From IMG/VR virus record IMGVR_UViG_3300037475_000071, positions 1-64,000 of that record: DNA of 64,000 nucleotides; one strand, 5' to 3'. Positions 1-8,881 of this stretch are shown piece after piece; the stretch's first letter is position 1; each line of letters starts with the position of its first letter. This DNA comes from a virus. Position numbers and translations under genes: made by a program. The notes beneath the pieces are model-generated. The model was not told the DNA's origin. It did not search any database and was given only the letters and a program-made list of their open reading frames with translations.

Positions 1-115
1 AGTAGACCTTTTTACCAAGATAGCGTTCCTCTGTTGGTTCAAGGGCGACGAGACGACCGAATCGGTGTCCCGTCCAGTCCTTAAACGCAGGTTCATCTAA
101 GTGGTTAGTTATCAT
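1..115 (-). CDS. N-terminus of a homing endonuclease-like protein (partial, runs off window)
   Basis: Manual translation MITNHLDEPAFKDWTGHRFGRLVALEPTEERYLGKKVY; ATG overlaps upstream stop (TAATG); the D-x-TG-x-RFGRL start resembles the ORFs at 6681 and 11588. Confidence 0.6.
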   Translation of the reverse strand, partial: MITNHLDEPAFKDWTGHRFGRLVALEPTEERYLGKKVY

Positions 116-723
116 TAACTTGCGGACAAGGTACAAGTGATATTCAAAGTATCACCACTCAGAACCGACCGCGAACCACCAGTGAACGACGCCGCGCCGT
201 ACAACACGCCGGTCGTACCGGACTTGGTGCTGTTGGTCGTAACGAAGGCTCCCAGTATGGTCGCCGTAGCATTGATGTTGAAAACGGCTTTCGAAGCACT
301 GTTATCAATCGAACCCGCCGATGCCGTGCCAAGCGTAAGGGCTGGCCGCGTGGCATTCGAATACGCTGCGCTCTCAAGCCATCCCGCGTGGGAGGCCATC
401 GTGTCGGCAGTGGCATAAGCACTGAAGCTGGCGTTATCCACCAAACCAACGAAGAAAGCCGCGGTATACGCGCTGCCCTTGAAGTAGTTCGTGAGCAAAT
501 CGTTGATGCCAGCAGTCATCACTGTGTTAGGAACTTCTTCCACCCACTTAAGATTGCCGAAGGAATCGAAGCACTCGAAGCGATAAACGTTCTTGAACTT
601 GATTGCTGGATTCAGCATCGCGTTCATAACTAAGTCAGCCACGGTGACGGTTTTATTCTTTGCAGAAACAACTGCACCCTTCAGGCCGCTGATAAACGAT
701 TTCAGAAACTCGGAAATATTCAT
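115..723 (-). CDS. putative virion structural protein
   Basis: 202 aa, Ala/Thr/Ser/Gly-rich, ends in GDTLNIT-like strand; downstream of terL in the late operon. Confidence 0.55.
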   Translation of the reverse strand: MNISEFLKSFISGLKGAVVSAKNKTVTVADLVMNAMLNPAIKFKNVYRFECFDSFGNLKWVEEVPNTVMTAGINDLLTNYFKGSAYTAAFFVGLVDNASFSAYATADTMASHAGWLESAAYSNATRPALTLGTASAGSIDNSASKAVFNINATATILGAFVTTNSTKSGTTGVLYGAASFTGGSRSVLSGDTLNITCTLSAS

Positions 724-772
724 TTTGTTACATGAGTCCTTATAAGAAAGTTTTCAAAACCGAAGGGTAGCG

Positions 773-2182
773 TTACCAGTTGATTCTCTCGGCCAACATG
801 AATCGCTGGGTGCAAGTATTACTTGTGCTTGCCACACTAAAATTGACTGCTGTGCAGAGCGTTCTGGCCACCGTTAGGTCGGCACTGAATGTGCTGCTGG
901 CGGGACTTATTTGAGCCCCTTGAATCTGAACTGTTCCACCCGAAGCTGACGTACCGCTGATACCACTAGCAGTGCGAATAAGGTTGCACTGGATATACCA
1001 AGAACCTGAACCAGAAGCACTGACGGGGAACGTTGCAAACATAATCGACGCGATGTTTATAAACGCAAACTTTATCGTCATGTTGCAAGCGGAGCCACCA
1101 ACTGCGTACACACCGAATGCACTCAGTCTAATAATGCGCCCCACCACATCGCAGTAACCAGCCGGAACCGACCACTGCATCATGTTCTGATCGCCCGTGG
1201 TTGACGTGGCGGCGGTAACCGCTGCTTGACTTGCGAACTTTGGGTAACATCCGGTAGGCGCTTCGTCCTCTAAACCGTTAGAGTCAAGGCCGTGATAACC
1301 GTTCGCGGAATCTTTCGTAGTTGTTAGAACTACGGTAGCCGGAAGTTGAGCAACCGCAACCAACCCACCTGAGTCAAGACCACAATACCCGCTGGCGGCG
1401 TTTTTATTCGCCTGCCACTCTGTAGTGTGCCAGCTAGCATTGGTAAAATATTTTAGAGCGTGGGAAGTAGCGTCTATGTAAACATCGCCATCCACACCTG
1501 TCGTCGGCTGCGTTCCCGCTGCACCAACGTTTATGCCTGTGCCACCAGTAACGGACGCGGGAAAGGTCTGCTTAGCAGTCCACGTATTCGCCACACTGAG
1601 CGATGCTCCGCCGCCGAGTCCCGAAGGAATCTGGGCTGCTGTTAGCTTGCCAGTACCATCCAACGTAGCCACGCCGCTAGCAACCCCAAGCTGGCTAGTA
1701 TTCACAACTGTGCCAAGCTGAGCAACCGCTACGTTTCCGCTGGCGTCAAGCTGACAAACGCCATTCACAGCACCTAGCTGAGAAAGCAGAAGAACGTTGC
1801 TCAAAGAAGTGCCGAGCGCGGCCTCTATAGCGTTGACTTCAGCGGCCAACTGATTGTGTGACTTCGCAGTGATGTAAGCGTCTACGTTGGCATTAGCAGA
1901 GTGTGCGGCCCCAGTAGTTCCTTCTGAACCGCGAACCAACGACGACAGTGTGTCAGTGGTTCGGGTGCCAACAAAGATTATTTCGCTGTCAATCGTTATA
2001 GAAAAATTGTCGGTAGGAAATGCTGCGCCAGTGCCAGCAGTCAACGTCAGAGTCGTGACAGTGGCGTTTATGCTACTAAGTAACTGAGGCTCCGTAGTGG
2101 AAACTAATTTGTTCTGCCAGTTGAGAAGGTCGGCTACGCCAGCTACTGCTGTCGGGAATTTTGCGGTTGCGGCGAAACCCAT
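773..2182 (-). CDS. putative virion structural / tail-fibre-like protein
   Basis: 469 aa with IDSEII...RGSEGTTGAAH and repeated G-x-A-x-LD-x-x-G-x-x-x-x-QL motifs. Confidence 0.6.
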   Translation of the reverse strand: MGFAATAKFPTAVAGVADLLNWQNKLVSTTEPQLLSSINATVTTLTLTAGTGAAFPTDNFSITIDSEIIFVGTRTTDTLSSLVRGSEGTTGAAHSANANVDAYITAKSHNQLAAEVNAIEAALGTSLSNVLLLSQLGAVNGVCQLDASGNVAVAQLGTVVNTSQLGVASGVATLDGTGKLTAAQIPSGLGGGASLSVANTWTAKQTFPASVTGGTGINVGAAGTQPTTGVDGDVYIDATSHALKYFTNASWHTTEWQANKNAASGYCGLDSGGLVAVAQLPATVVLTTTKDSANGYHGLDSNGLEDEAPTGCYPKFASQAAVTAATSTTGDQNMMQWSVPAGYCDVVGRIIRLSAFGVYAVGGSACNMTIKFAFINIASIMFATFPVSASGSGSWYIQCNLIRTASGISGTSASGGTVQIQGAQISPASSTFSADLTVARTLCTAVNFSVASTSNTCTQRFMLAERINW

Positions 2183-2192
2183 TTGTTATTCC

Positions 2193-2645
2193 TCAAAGAG
2201 CTTTTTGCATTTTCAACATGTTCTTACGCATTGAGCCGTATTCGCAGTTCTGATAAAACTTCACAGCACGATAACCAAGTTTGAAATAAAGTGTCTGCGC
2301 GGGATTCTCAGTATGAACGAGTAGCGTTATGCTGTCGTAACCGAGTTCCACGAAGTGTCGCTCACACTCTGCTACCAGAGCAGAAGCAACACCTTTACCA
2401 CGACTCTTGCTGGCTACGTCGATGCTAGCGATGTGAGGAACCTTGCGGTCAACCCACGCAACCAAGAACCCAATAACGTCGTCATCAGTCTCTGCAACCC
2501 ATACCTGAGCTTTAGGGAGGTTTTCCTTAAACTCGACTAAGTTCCACGCGACTCCAAATTCAAAACACTCCCGCTCTATCTCGCGCAAGCGCGGAATCTC
2601 GTCTGGCCGATAGCCGCTGCGCACTTTGAACGAGAGCTTCTTCAC
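2193..2645 (-). CDS. GNAT (RimI-like) N-acetyltransferase
   Basis: Motif A V-x-x-x-x-RGKGVA and motif B N-P-A-x-x-LY-x-KLGY. Confidence 0.85.
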   Translation of the reverse strand: MKKLSFKVRSGYRPDEIPRLREIERECFEFGVAWNLVEFKENLPKAQVWVAETDDDVIGFLVAWVDRKVPHIASIDVASKSRGKGVASALVAECERHFVELGYDSITLLVHTENPAQTLYFKLGYRAVKFYQNCEYGSMRKNMLKMQKAL

Positions 2646-2648
2646 TGA

Positions 2649-4147
2649 TTAAACTCCGCGTTGTTGAAAATATCTGTAGGTAAATCTTTCCTGCGCACAC
2701 AGTCGAACAGCGAGCGCCAAAGACGTTACACAGTCGTCGTAAAAACCTTCAGGAGCTTCGAACTGAATCGTGCCACCTGCGGTTTCCTTGTACTGGAAGC
2801 GTTGAAGCTCGTCGATAAGAATGGGAATTTCTGGGTAAGATATTCTTCCTTGCTCAAGCTCTACGCGGAGCGTATCAATCAACTGTCGTTTAGCTACGTT
2901 GCTGCCAATCTTGTAGGGCTCAATTACGAGGCCACAACCCTGTAACGAAGAAACAATAGGGTCGCCAATGCCTGTAGAGTCGATTGAGATGGTCGCGTTG
3001 TAGGCACGCGCAGTCTGAATGATTTTCAGAATCTGAATCTGCCAGTCAATCTGATTGAAACGTTCCCAATAAACAACGTGCTTGGTTTCCCTGTCCATCA
3101 CGGTTAGAACCGTGTAGTCATGAAGGCGAGCCAAGTCAACGCCCATAACATAAAAGTGGTCGGGCTGACGTGCAGTAAATCCGCCAGGGCGAACGCAACC
3201 TTTAATGTTGCGGAAAACTCCGGCTGACTCGTTGATGAACTCCGCCATGTATTCTTGGCGGAAGGAATCGGCGGGAAGGTTTCTCTTCGCATCCTCGATT
3301 GCCTTTCTAGGCACATGAGGGTTAGCCGCTGTCGGCATTTTTAACGAGTACCATTCGGGCCACTCGGTGGGATATAACTTGCGGTCTCCGCGACTAAAGA
3401 GATCGTAAAACCAGCCCCTTCCGTTGGGGGTGGAAATAATAATTCCGCGGCCATTCGTCTGAGTAACGGTCGTTAATACCGACTCGAAACTTGCGAACGG
3501 CATACCACGTGCTGCCTCGTCGATAATGAAGAACGACACGGCGGCACCGCGAAGTAAATCTGGGTCTTCTGCGGACTTGAAATCAATGAATGAACGGTTG
3601 CTGCCGTCTGGGTTCAGAACCGTTATGCGGTGCTTAGCTACTTGTTCCCGATAGAGGCCGTCGGGCAAACGACGTTTTACTTCTTCCATAGCCAAGTCTG
3701 ACTGGCTATACGAGGGTGCTACCCACCAATTAGTGGTGCCTGCATTTTCCCACGCTTCTTTAACTATGCGGGTTGAACAGCCGTACGTTTTGCCAAAGAT
3801 GACAATGCCCCTCGATTCGAAAACCGAGAGGCCAACTCCTTAGTTCCGCAGGCACCTACGATGAACCGTAGGCCGGGAAACATGAAAGGCAATCCTTTCG
3901 CATCGACTCCGCTGGGAAGCCAACTAGGAATAAATTCTGCCGTTATAGGAGTAGGGTTATCTGGAACAAAAAAGGGATTTAGTTTTGCTTCTTCAGGATG
4001 TACGTGGCATTCCCAAGCGTTAATTAACTTATACTGCTCCACACTGTGCGCCGGAGGTAGGGCCAACGTAACTGGCTTCCATACTTCCTTCGACAAAACA
4101 CTCTTCACTGTGTTCTTGTAAGGCTTTGCGGCCGCTGTTCTCGACAT
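2649..4147 (-). CDS. terL: terminase large subunit, interrupted by a 41-nt insert (join 4147..3839 + 3797..2649, ~485 aa)
   Basis: Joined frame gives Walker A FIVGACGTK|FGKT, WWVAPSY, Walker B FFIIDEA, STPNG, and nuclease acidic motifs GVDLA, DSTG, DDCV. Confidence 0.9.
3798..3838 (-). other. 41-nt frame-shifting hairpin insert in the terL Walker A codons
   Basis: GAGTTGGCCTCTCGGTTTTCGAATCGAGGGGCATTGTCATC between AAG (K) and TTT (F); 11-bp stem with UUCG loop at 3807-3832. Confidence 0.8.
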
Positions 4148-4604
4148 GTCTATAGTCCGTTGCCTTATCTCTTTTGGCGGAGTTGCAACTACCACACAGC
4201 GGTTGAATATTGGAAATTATATTTGGGCCGCCTACGCTACGAGGAATAACATGGTCAGGTGTTAGGGTGATTTCAGGCTCGCATTTACCACAGCACAAGC
4301 ATTTATACCCGCAGTCAGCTTTCAATCCTACCCATTCTTCAACAGTCAAAATACCTACTATGCCCTCTTTGGCACACCTGTAATTAGCCTGATATACAAT
4401 GTAGTCATCGTGGTTATCAGCTTGACGCCGCATTACCTGCTGAATTCTCACAGTACGGTGCTGTCGGTAGTTCTTTTTCTTCGCCAGCAGTTCGCACTCC
4501 ATGCACTGTCTCCTCCAATAATTCCCCCTGTCTGTTCGCAGGCGAAAATTCTCCTCGGTCAGAGGCTTGGGGATATTGCACGTTTTGCAGGTTCTCATTT
4601 CCAT
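4029..4604 (-). CDS. HNH homing endonuclease
   Basis: CKTC...CMEC zinc finger, CLCCG...DHVIP...GG...NIQPLCGSCNSAK. Confidence 0.9.
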   Translation of the reverse strand: MEMRTCKTCNIPKPLTEENFRLRTDRGNYWRRQCMECELLAKKKNYRQHRTVRIQQVMRRQADNHDDYIVYQANYRCAKEGIVGILTVEEWVGLKADCGYKCLCCGKCEPEITLTPDHVIPRSVGGPNIISNIQPLCGSCNSAKRDKATDYRHVENSGRKALQEHSEECFVEGSMEASYVGPTSGAQCGAV

Positions 4605-5127
4605 TAGTCAATTCCGGGTGTGAAACAATGTGTCCTTGAATTACAGGAACAGATGCCGAAGTTGGGGGCTGCATTCCTACAGAGGCAGTAAACTGAAATT
4701 TTTCTACGTGAAGCGTGCCCAAATCTTTAGGAAGCACACCCAAATCCTGCAAGCCCTTCACATAGTCCTGCTGCAACTTGAAAGAAGATTTCTGGTGCTC
4801 CAAGTACGTCATCGTACCGAGCTTGGCTTTCTGTGCGCTCTTCTCGATGTTGCGCATTACCTTGTTGAAGCACAGGCGAAGGTCGGCGAGTATCAGCCCT
4901 ACGTCTTCGTCCTTTACTTCCTCTGCGACAGCTTCACGGATGGCCTTGCGGTCGTTGGCAATCGTGCGGTCGGAAACTCCGAACAGTTCCGCCGACTCGC
5001 TGATAGAGGGGCAGTCGTCGCCCGGCCGGGACATCAGGTAAGCAACAACGTGCCTACGCTGCTCTGTCGTCAGGGGCTGCTTCTGCCGCGCTAAGTCCAG
5101 CCATTGTTCGGCTTGGATGATTGCCAT
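4417..5127 (-). CDS. putative terminase small subunit
   Basis: N-terminal HTH (ISESAELFGVSDRTIANDRK) plus helical region; immediately upstream of terL. Confidence 0.6.
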   Translation of the reverse strand: MAIIQAEQWLDLARQKQPLTTEQRRHVVAYLMSRPGDDCPSISESAELFGVSDRTIANDRKAIREAVAEEVKDEDVGLILADLRLCFNKVMRNIEKSAQKAKLGTMTYLEHQKSSFKLQQDYVKGLQDLGVLPKDLGTLHVEKFQFTASVGMQPPTSASVPVIQGHIVSHPELTNGNENLQNVQYPQASDRGEFSPANRQGELLEETVHGVRTAGEEKELPTAPYCENSAGNAASS

Positions 5128-5360
5128 CGTATGTCCTAAGTGTTTTGTCCGCGCCCAACAAGATACTGGACAGTTGCGGTGTTTATTTCATCCTCTGCGC
5201 GTAGCAAGTGGATGTACGCAGAGGCCCAGATGTGCAACCAGTAGGCCCGTCAAGTTGCTACCCTCGATAGACTTTCTTTCCCAGTACCTCGGTGGACGCG
5301 GGTTAAAGACTAGCCGCTGATTTCAGCTTTCAATGAAGAGGCTTAGCGGCTGCGTTTTCG

Positions 5361-5537
5361 TTAAAGTGATTTCTTGACTGCGCTCACACCCGCGCTGGCG
5401 GCGGTAGCAACGCTGGAAGCAGCTTGTTTGGCAGCCGCGGCTGAACTCACTGCGGCACGTTCAACTTTTGCGCCCCAGAGATACCCGCCTGCGCCTCCTG
5501 CCAAGAGCGCGATAATTGCAACGATAAAGGTCAACAT
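5361..5537 (-). CDS. small membrane protein
   Basis: Hydrophobic N-terminal helix, Ala-rich tail. Confidence 0.55.
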   Translation of the reverse strand: MLTFIVAIIALLAGGAGGYLWGAKVERAAVSSAAAAKQAASSVATAASAGVSAVKKSL

Positions 5538-5583
5538 GAGTAGTCTCCTGATTTGAAAATCTAACCGTCCCAACCGTCGTTAA

Positions 5584-5811
5584 TCATTTCTTATGTCCAA
5601 AATTCTCGGCAAACACGAGCCTTTTTTCTAGCTTCACGTTCCCGCTTTTCTTGGCCGAAGCCAACTTGCTGTGTAGTTCCTTAACAGGAATGTGCTGGCC
5701 TTCTGGAACGTGTAATTCTTTATGGAGGGCACCGGGATGCTTGATGTGAATCGGCTTCGTCGCTGCCTCTTGGTGTGCTCTAACCGCAGACTGTGCGTTG
5801 ATTGGTTGCAT
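5584..5811 (-). CDS. small basic phage protein
   Basis: IKHPGALHKELHVPEG motif; collinear with late operon. Confidence 0.6.
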   Translation of the reverse strand: MQPINAQSAVRAHQEAATKPIHIKHPGALHKELHVPEGQHIPVKELHSKLASAKKSGNVKLEKRLVFAENFGHKK

Positions 5812-5820
5812 GTCACTTCC

Positions 5821-6003
5821 CTATTTCAAAAAAGTTGGGGTAGCTACAATCAGTGGATTTCCGCCTGTCTTGGAGCTATTTTTAGACCCGCATTTTGGGC
5901 AAACGGTCAGAGGACTGCGAATGTAGGTACCAATTACTCCCCACTCGGTATTCCACAAGTGGGAGCAGTCACCACATTTCATTTCCAGTATTCCGTAGCT
6001 CAT
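5821..6003 (-). CDS. small zinc-ribbon protein
   Basis: CGDC...CPKCG. Confidence 0.55.
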   Translation of the reverse strand: MSYGILEMKCGDCSHLWNTEWGVIGTYIRSPLTVCPKCGSKNSSKTGGNPLIVATPTFLK

Positions 6004-6012
6004 AAAAAGTTT

Positions 6013-6478
6013 TGCTGGGGCTACCAGTGGGTCGAAATTACCGCAAACACTCCCCAGCTAGGTCTGCGGCTACTCTTGCCCACTATCTAAAATAAGGTTT
6101 TCCTAGATAGCTTCCTGCTACACCCCAAGGTCACAGGCTCGCAGCCGACTTAACGGCCAAACAAAATCTAAGATCATAAACGGGGAGATACGTCTCTACT
6201 CCCCGAACCGAGACACATTGCGACGGCTGGTATGTTTTGCAACCGTAGTGCTCGCTGTAAAGGTGGCGCGTATTGTACGCCGCGCCGTGCGGAAAGCCGG
6301 TAGCGAGCCGGCAACTAACAGTGTCCCGCCGTAAGTCGCACGTCCGGCAGGTGCTCAGATAAACCGCTGAGTACGGTACCCCGTTTGTTTGATTGAATGC
6401 GACGGGTGAAGTCTAAAACCTTGGCAGCCTGAGAGGGTCAGGCTGCCAAAGTTAAAAGGCGCTTGGAGGGAAGCGCCT
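6013..6478 (-). ncRNA. candidate structured leader / sRNA cluster at the head of the late operon
   Basis: Mostly ORF-free ~470 nt with many hairpins, including 6421-6449 and 6457-6478 with CCCUC(C) loops. Confidence 0.45.
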
Positions 6479-6535
6479 CATGGTTGGAAAAATTTGTGTA
6501 TTGGTGTAACTGGGCGTAATCTTGACTGTGATTCT

Positions 6536-6564
6536 AGTCTATCATGGAAAACAAAATTTGTCAA
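6536..6564 (-). promoter_or_regulatory. sigma70-type promoter for leftward transcript
   Basis: TTGACA-17-TAGACT with TGn extended -10. Confidence 0.65.
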
Positions 6565-6680
6565 CTTTTTAACACATTTTGTGATTACAACAAATAATTG
6601 TCAAGTACAACGGATTCAGTGATATACGGAGAAGCGTCCAGTGCAGGTAGGTTCCATTTTTATACTATTGTTAAGCTCAC

Positions 6681-7427
6681 TTAAAGTTCACCAAACCAGT
6701 CAATGTCTCCTACTTCGGCTGGTTCTATTCCGGGTAATGGCTTAGCGGTATTATAGCGTTTCTTGAGTCCCCTTCTCTTAGGTAAACTTTTTTCCTTAGC
6801 CTGCGTTTTTGCGTCGGCCCAAATGCAGTTAGATTTGTGATACGGCCCGTCCCCGTCAACACGATGAATGGAAGTGTTTGGCGGCCTTGGCCCCATATCT
6901 CTCAAGAATGTTTCAAAGTTGTCCCATTCCTCATCTATAGTGATACCCCTACCCCCGTATCGCCAATAACTATGACTGGTGGGGTCTAAGCAGCGTTGTC
7001 GCATAGACTGCCAACTTCTGTATTCTGGCGTCCCACTTAAACCGTGTGTAACGGAAGATTCCGCCTTATGATTACCGCAACTCTGAGTTTGGCCGGTTTG
7101 CAAATTACCGTGCATTGCAATAATGGTCTTACCGCACTCACAGAGACATACCCACTTCGTCTGCCCGTTCTCTCTGGCGGCAAATGATTGCACGGTTAGC
7201 TTACCGAACGTTTTACCCGTAAGGTCTACTCTGACGCCCCGCACCAGACACCCACAGCTCTTAGTCAAACCTGCGCGTAAATTACCTGCTCTAACCTCCG
7301 TTGTTTTACCACAATCGCAAATACATAGCCATACAGCGTTTCTACTCTTATCAAAGCGCACTATAGATTGCGCTGTGAGAAGACCGTACCGCTGCCCGGT
7401 CAAATCCAATCGCTTACCTTTTGCCAT
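6681..7427 (-). CDS. HNH-type homing endonuclease with duplicated N-terminal domain
   Basis: Two DLTG-x-x-F/YG-x-L...W-x-C-x-C-x-CG repeats, SW-x-SM-x-x-RC, YGGRGI, DMGPRP...NCIWA. Confidence 0.85.
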   Translation of the reverse strand: MAKGKRLDLTGQRYGLLTAQSIVRFDKSRNAVWLCICDCGKTTEVRAGNLRAGLTKSCGCLVRGVRVDLTGKTFGKLTVQSFAARENGQTKWVCLCECGKTIIAMHGNLQTGQTQSCGNHKAESSVTHGLSGTPEYRSWQSMRQRCLDPTSHSYWRYGGRGITIDEEWDNFETFLRDMGPRPPNTSIHRVDGDGPYHKSNCIWADAKTQAKEKSLPKRRGLKKRYNTAKPLPGIEPAEVGDIDWFGEL

Positions 7428-7657
7428 GTAGTATCATTACCACAAAACAGTGTGCCTTGTCAACTCCTTTATGTGTGCCGACCCTACACATGCACCTTTT
7501 CTGGTGCAAAAGAATAAATATTGTGCAACTCTGACGAAAGTTGTTGCATATTCCTTCGGGCGGCGGTATATTCATTCCACTCCAAAGGGAATACAGATTA
7601 TCCTGTAAACCCCCTAAAGTGTTCCCCTATCAAACGATAAAGGACGGCATCACTTTT

Positions 7658-8161
7658 ATGGAATCTTCGGGTATGTGCTATTCCTGCGGTGGGAGCTTCC
7701 CACTGTCCGCTTTAACTATCTGCCCAACCTGCCACGAAGCCCTCTGCCTAGACCCAAACTGCGATTGCGACGGCGAATGCCGCTGTGCTATCACCGCTGA
7801 AAAATTTAGACAGAGACCTGTGACCGAGCCGCTTTACCCCTTCACCATCTCGTACGTGAAAGACATGGACGGGACATATCTAGCCGTAAATAATCCACAC
7901 GATTTCTTCGATATGCGGGTCGGCTATACCGACATCGAGGTTTTCGGCGAGGAACTGGCTATGGAAGCCCGAGAATACGACCGAGAAGTCATCCGCACTG
8001 GAAAGGACGTGGAATACCTCCTAGAAGTAAGCACTAGAAATGGAAAACGTCTATGGCAGCATGTAAAATCCTGCGTAGCCGGTCTGGAGGGACATGTAAT
8101 TGTGGGCTACTGTCTGGACATCACGCCGATGCTAGCGTGCAACAACGGCACAGTGTGCTGA
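7658..8161 (+). CDS. Cys-rich zinc-binding + PAS-like domain protein
   Basis: CYSC..CPTC..C..C-x-C N-terminus; YVKDMDGTYLAVN...GYTDIEVFG...DREVIRTG...IVGYCLDIT resembles a PAS fold. Confidence 0.6.
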   Translation: MESSGMCYSCGGSFPLSALTICPTCHEALCLDPNCDCDGECRCAITAEKFRQRPVTEPLYPFTISYVKDMDGTYLAVNNPHDFFDMRVGYTDIEVFGEELAMEAREYDREVIRTGKDVEYLLEVSTRNGKRLWQHVKSCVAGLEGHVIVGYCLDITPMLACNNGTVC

Positions 8162-8167
8162 AAACCC

Positions 8168-8515
8168 CTACTTCCCCTGTACTTCGGGTTCCACCACTGT
8201 CGCTTTAGGTTTAATAGGCCGCCCCATTGAAGCCCTCCCCAGGTGCTTGAATTCCTCGACCTGTACGCCCAGAGTCTCTGCCAGCTTTGGCATGGTTTCT
8301 GGTGAAGGCACTCGCTTCCCCTGCATGTAGAAATAGAAAAGTGGCTTGCTGATTTTCGCCCTGATGCAGAATTCCGCCGCGCTCAGGCCGGTTTTTGAGA
8401 ACTTCTCTTTGAAATACTCTTGAAAATTCAAGTAAAATGCCTCGTTTATAGGATGTAATGAAAAAGGCCAGCAACTTTTTAGGGCTACTGACCCGAAAGG
8501 TGCACAAATGAACAA
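8168..8515 (-). CDS. XRE-family HTH regulator
   Basis: GLSAAEFCIRAKISKPLFYFYMQGKRVPS...KLAETLGV; C-terminal GRP. Confidence 0.75.
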   Translation of the reverse strand: MFICAPFGSVALKSCWPFSLHPINEAFYLNFQEYFKEKFSKTGLSAAEFCIRAKISKPLFYFYMQGKRVPSPETMPKLAETLGVQVEEFKHLGRASMGRPIKPKATVVEPEVQGK

Positions 8516-8552
8516 AAACCAAACGCTCCATTACAGAACGCTTACTGAATAA

Positions 8553-8582
8553 ACAGTAGCATACTTCTATGTGTACTGTCAA
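8553..8582 (-). promoter_or_regulatory. promoter of the TTGACA-NN-ACACA family
   Basis: TTGACAGTACACAT...TACTGT, 18-nt spacer. Confidence 0.55.
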
Positions 8583-8599
8583 CTGTTTTTGTTGTATAT

Positions 8600-8881
8600 T
8601 TATCTGTAGCGGGTGCTCACAGATTTGAGAGCCCCACCACTTCCCTTGGGACGCCCATTCGTACGAGGTGTGTACTGGCTTAGACCTGCTTCTAGAGGGA
8701 GCTTCAGTTCCTGACATATTCTGGCCATAGCCTGTTCGCTGGGTCGGCTGAGGTCGTTCATATACCCATAGAGGGTACTTCTACCTATCCGAACACGTTT
8801 AGCAAACTGTTCGAATGATAGATTAGTACGTTTAGCTACCTGAGCAGGGAGCCATTGTCTCAAATGATTGTAGTTAGGCAT
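8600..8881 (-). CDS. XRE-family HTH regulator
   Basis: LSFEQFAKRVRIGRSTLYGYMNDLSRPS; C-terminal GRPKG. Confidence 0.75.
   Translation of the reverse strand: MPNYNHLRQWLPAQVAKRTNLSFEQFAKRVRIGRSTLYGYMNDLSRPSEQAMARICQELKLPLEAGLSQYTPRTNGRPKGSGGALKSVSTRYR

Noticed and set aside
3798-3838. Self-splicing group I/II intron or intein in terL
   Set aside because: 41 nt is far too short for a catalytic core; I found no U|...G boundary restoring the P-loop; no Cys/Asn intein ends
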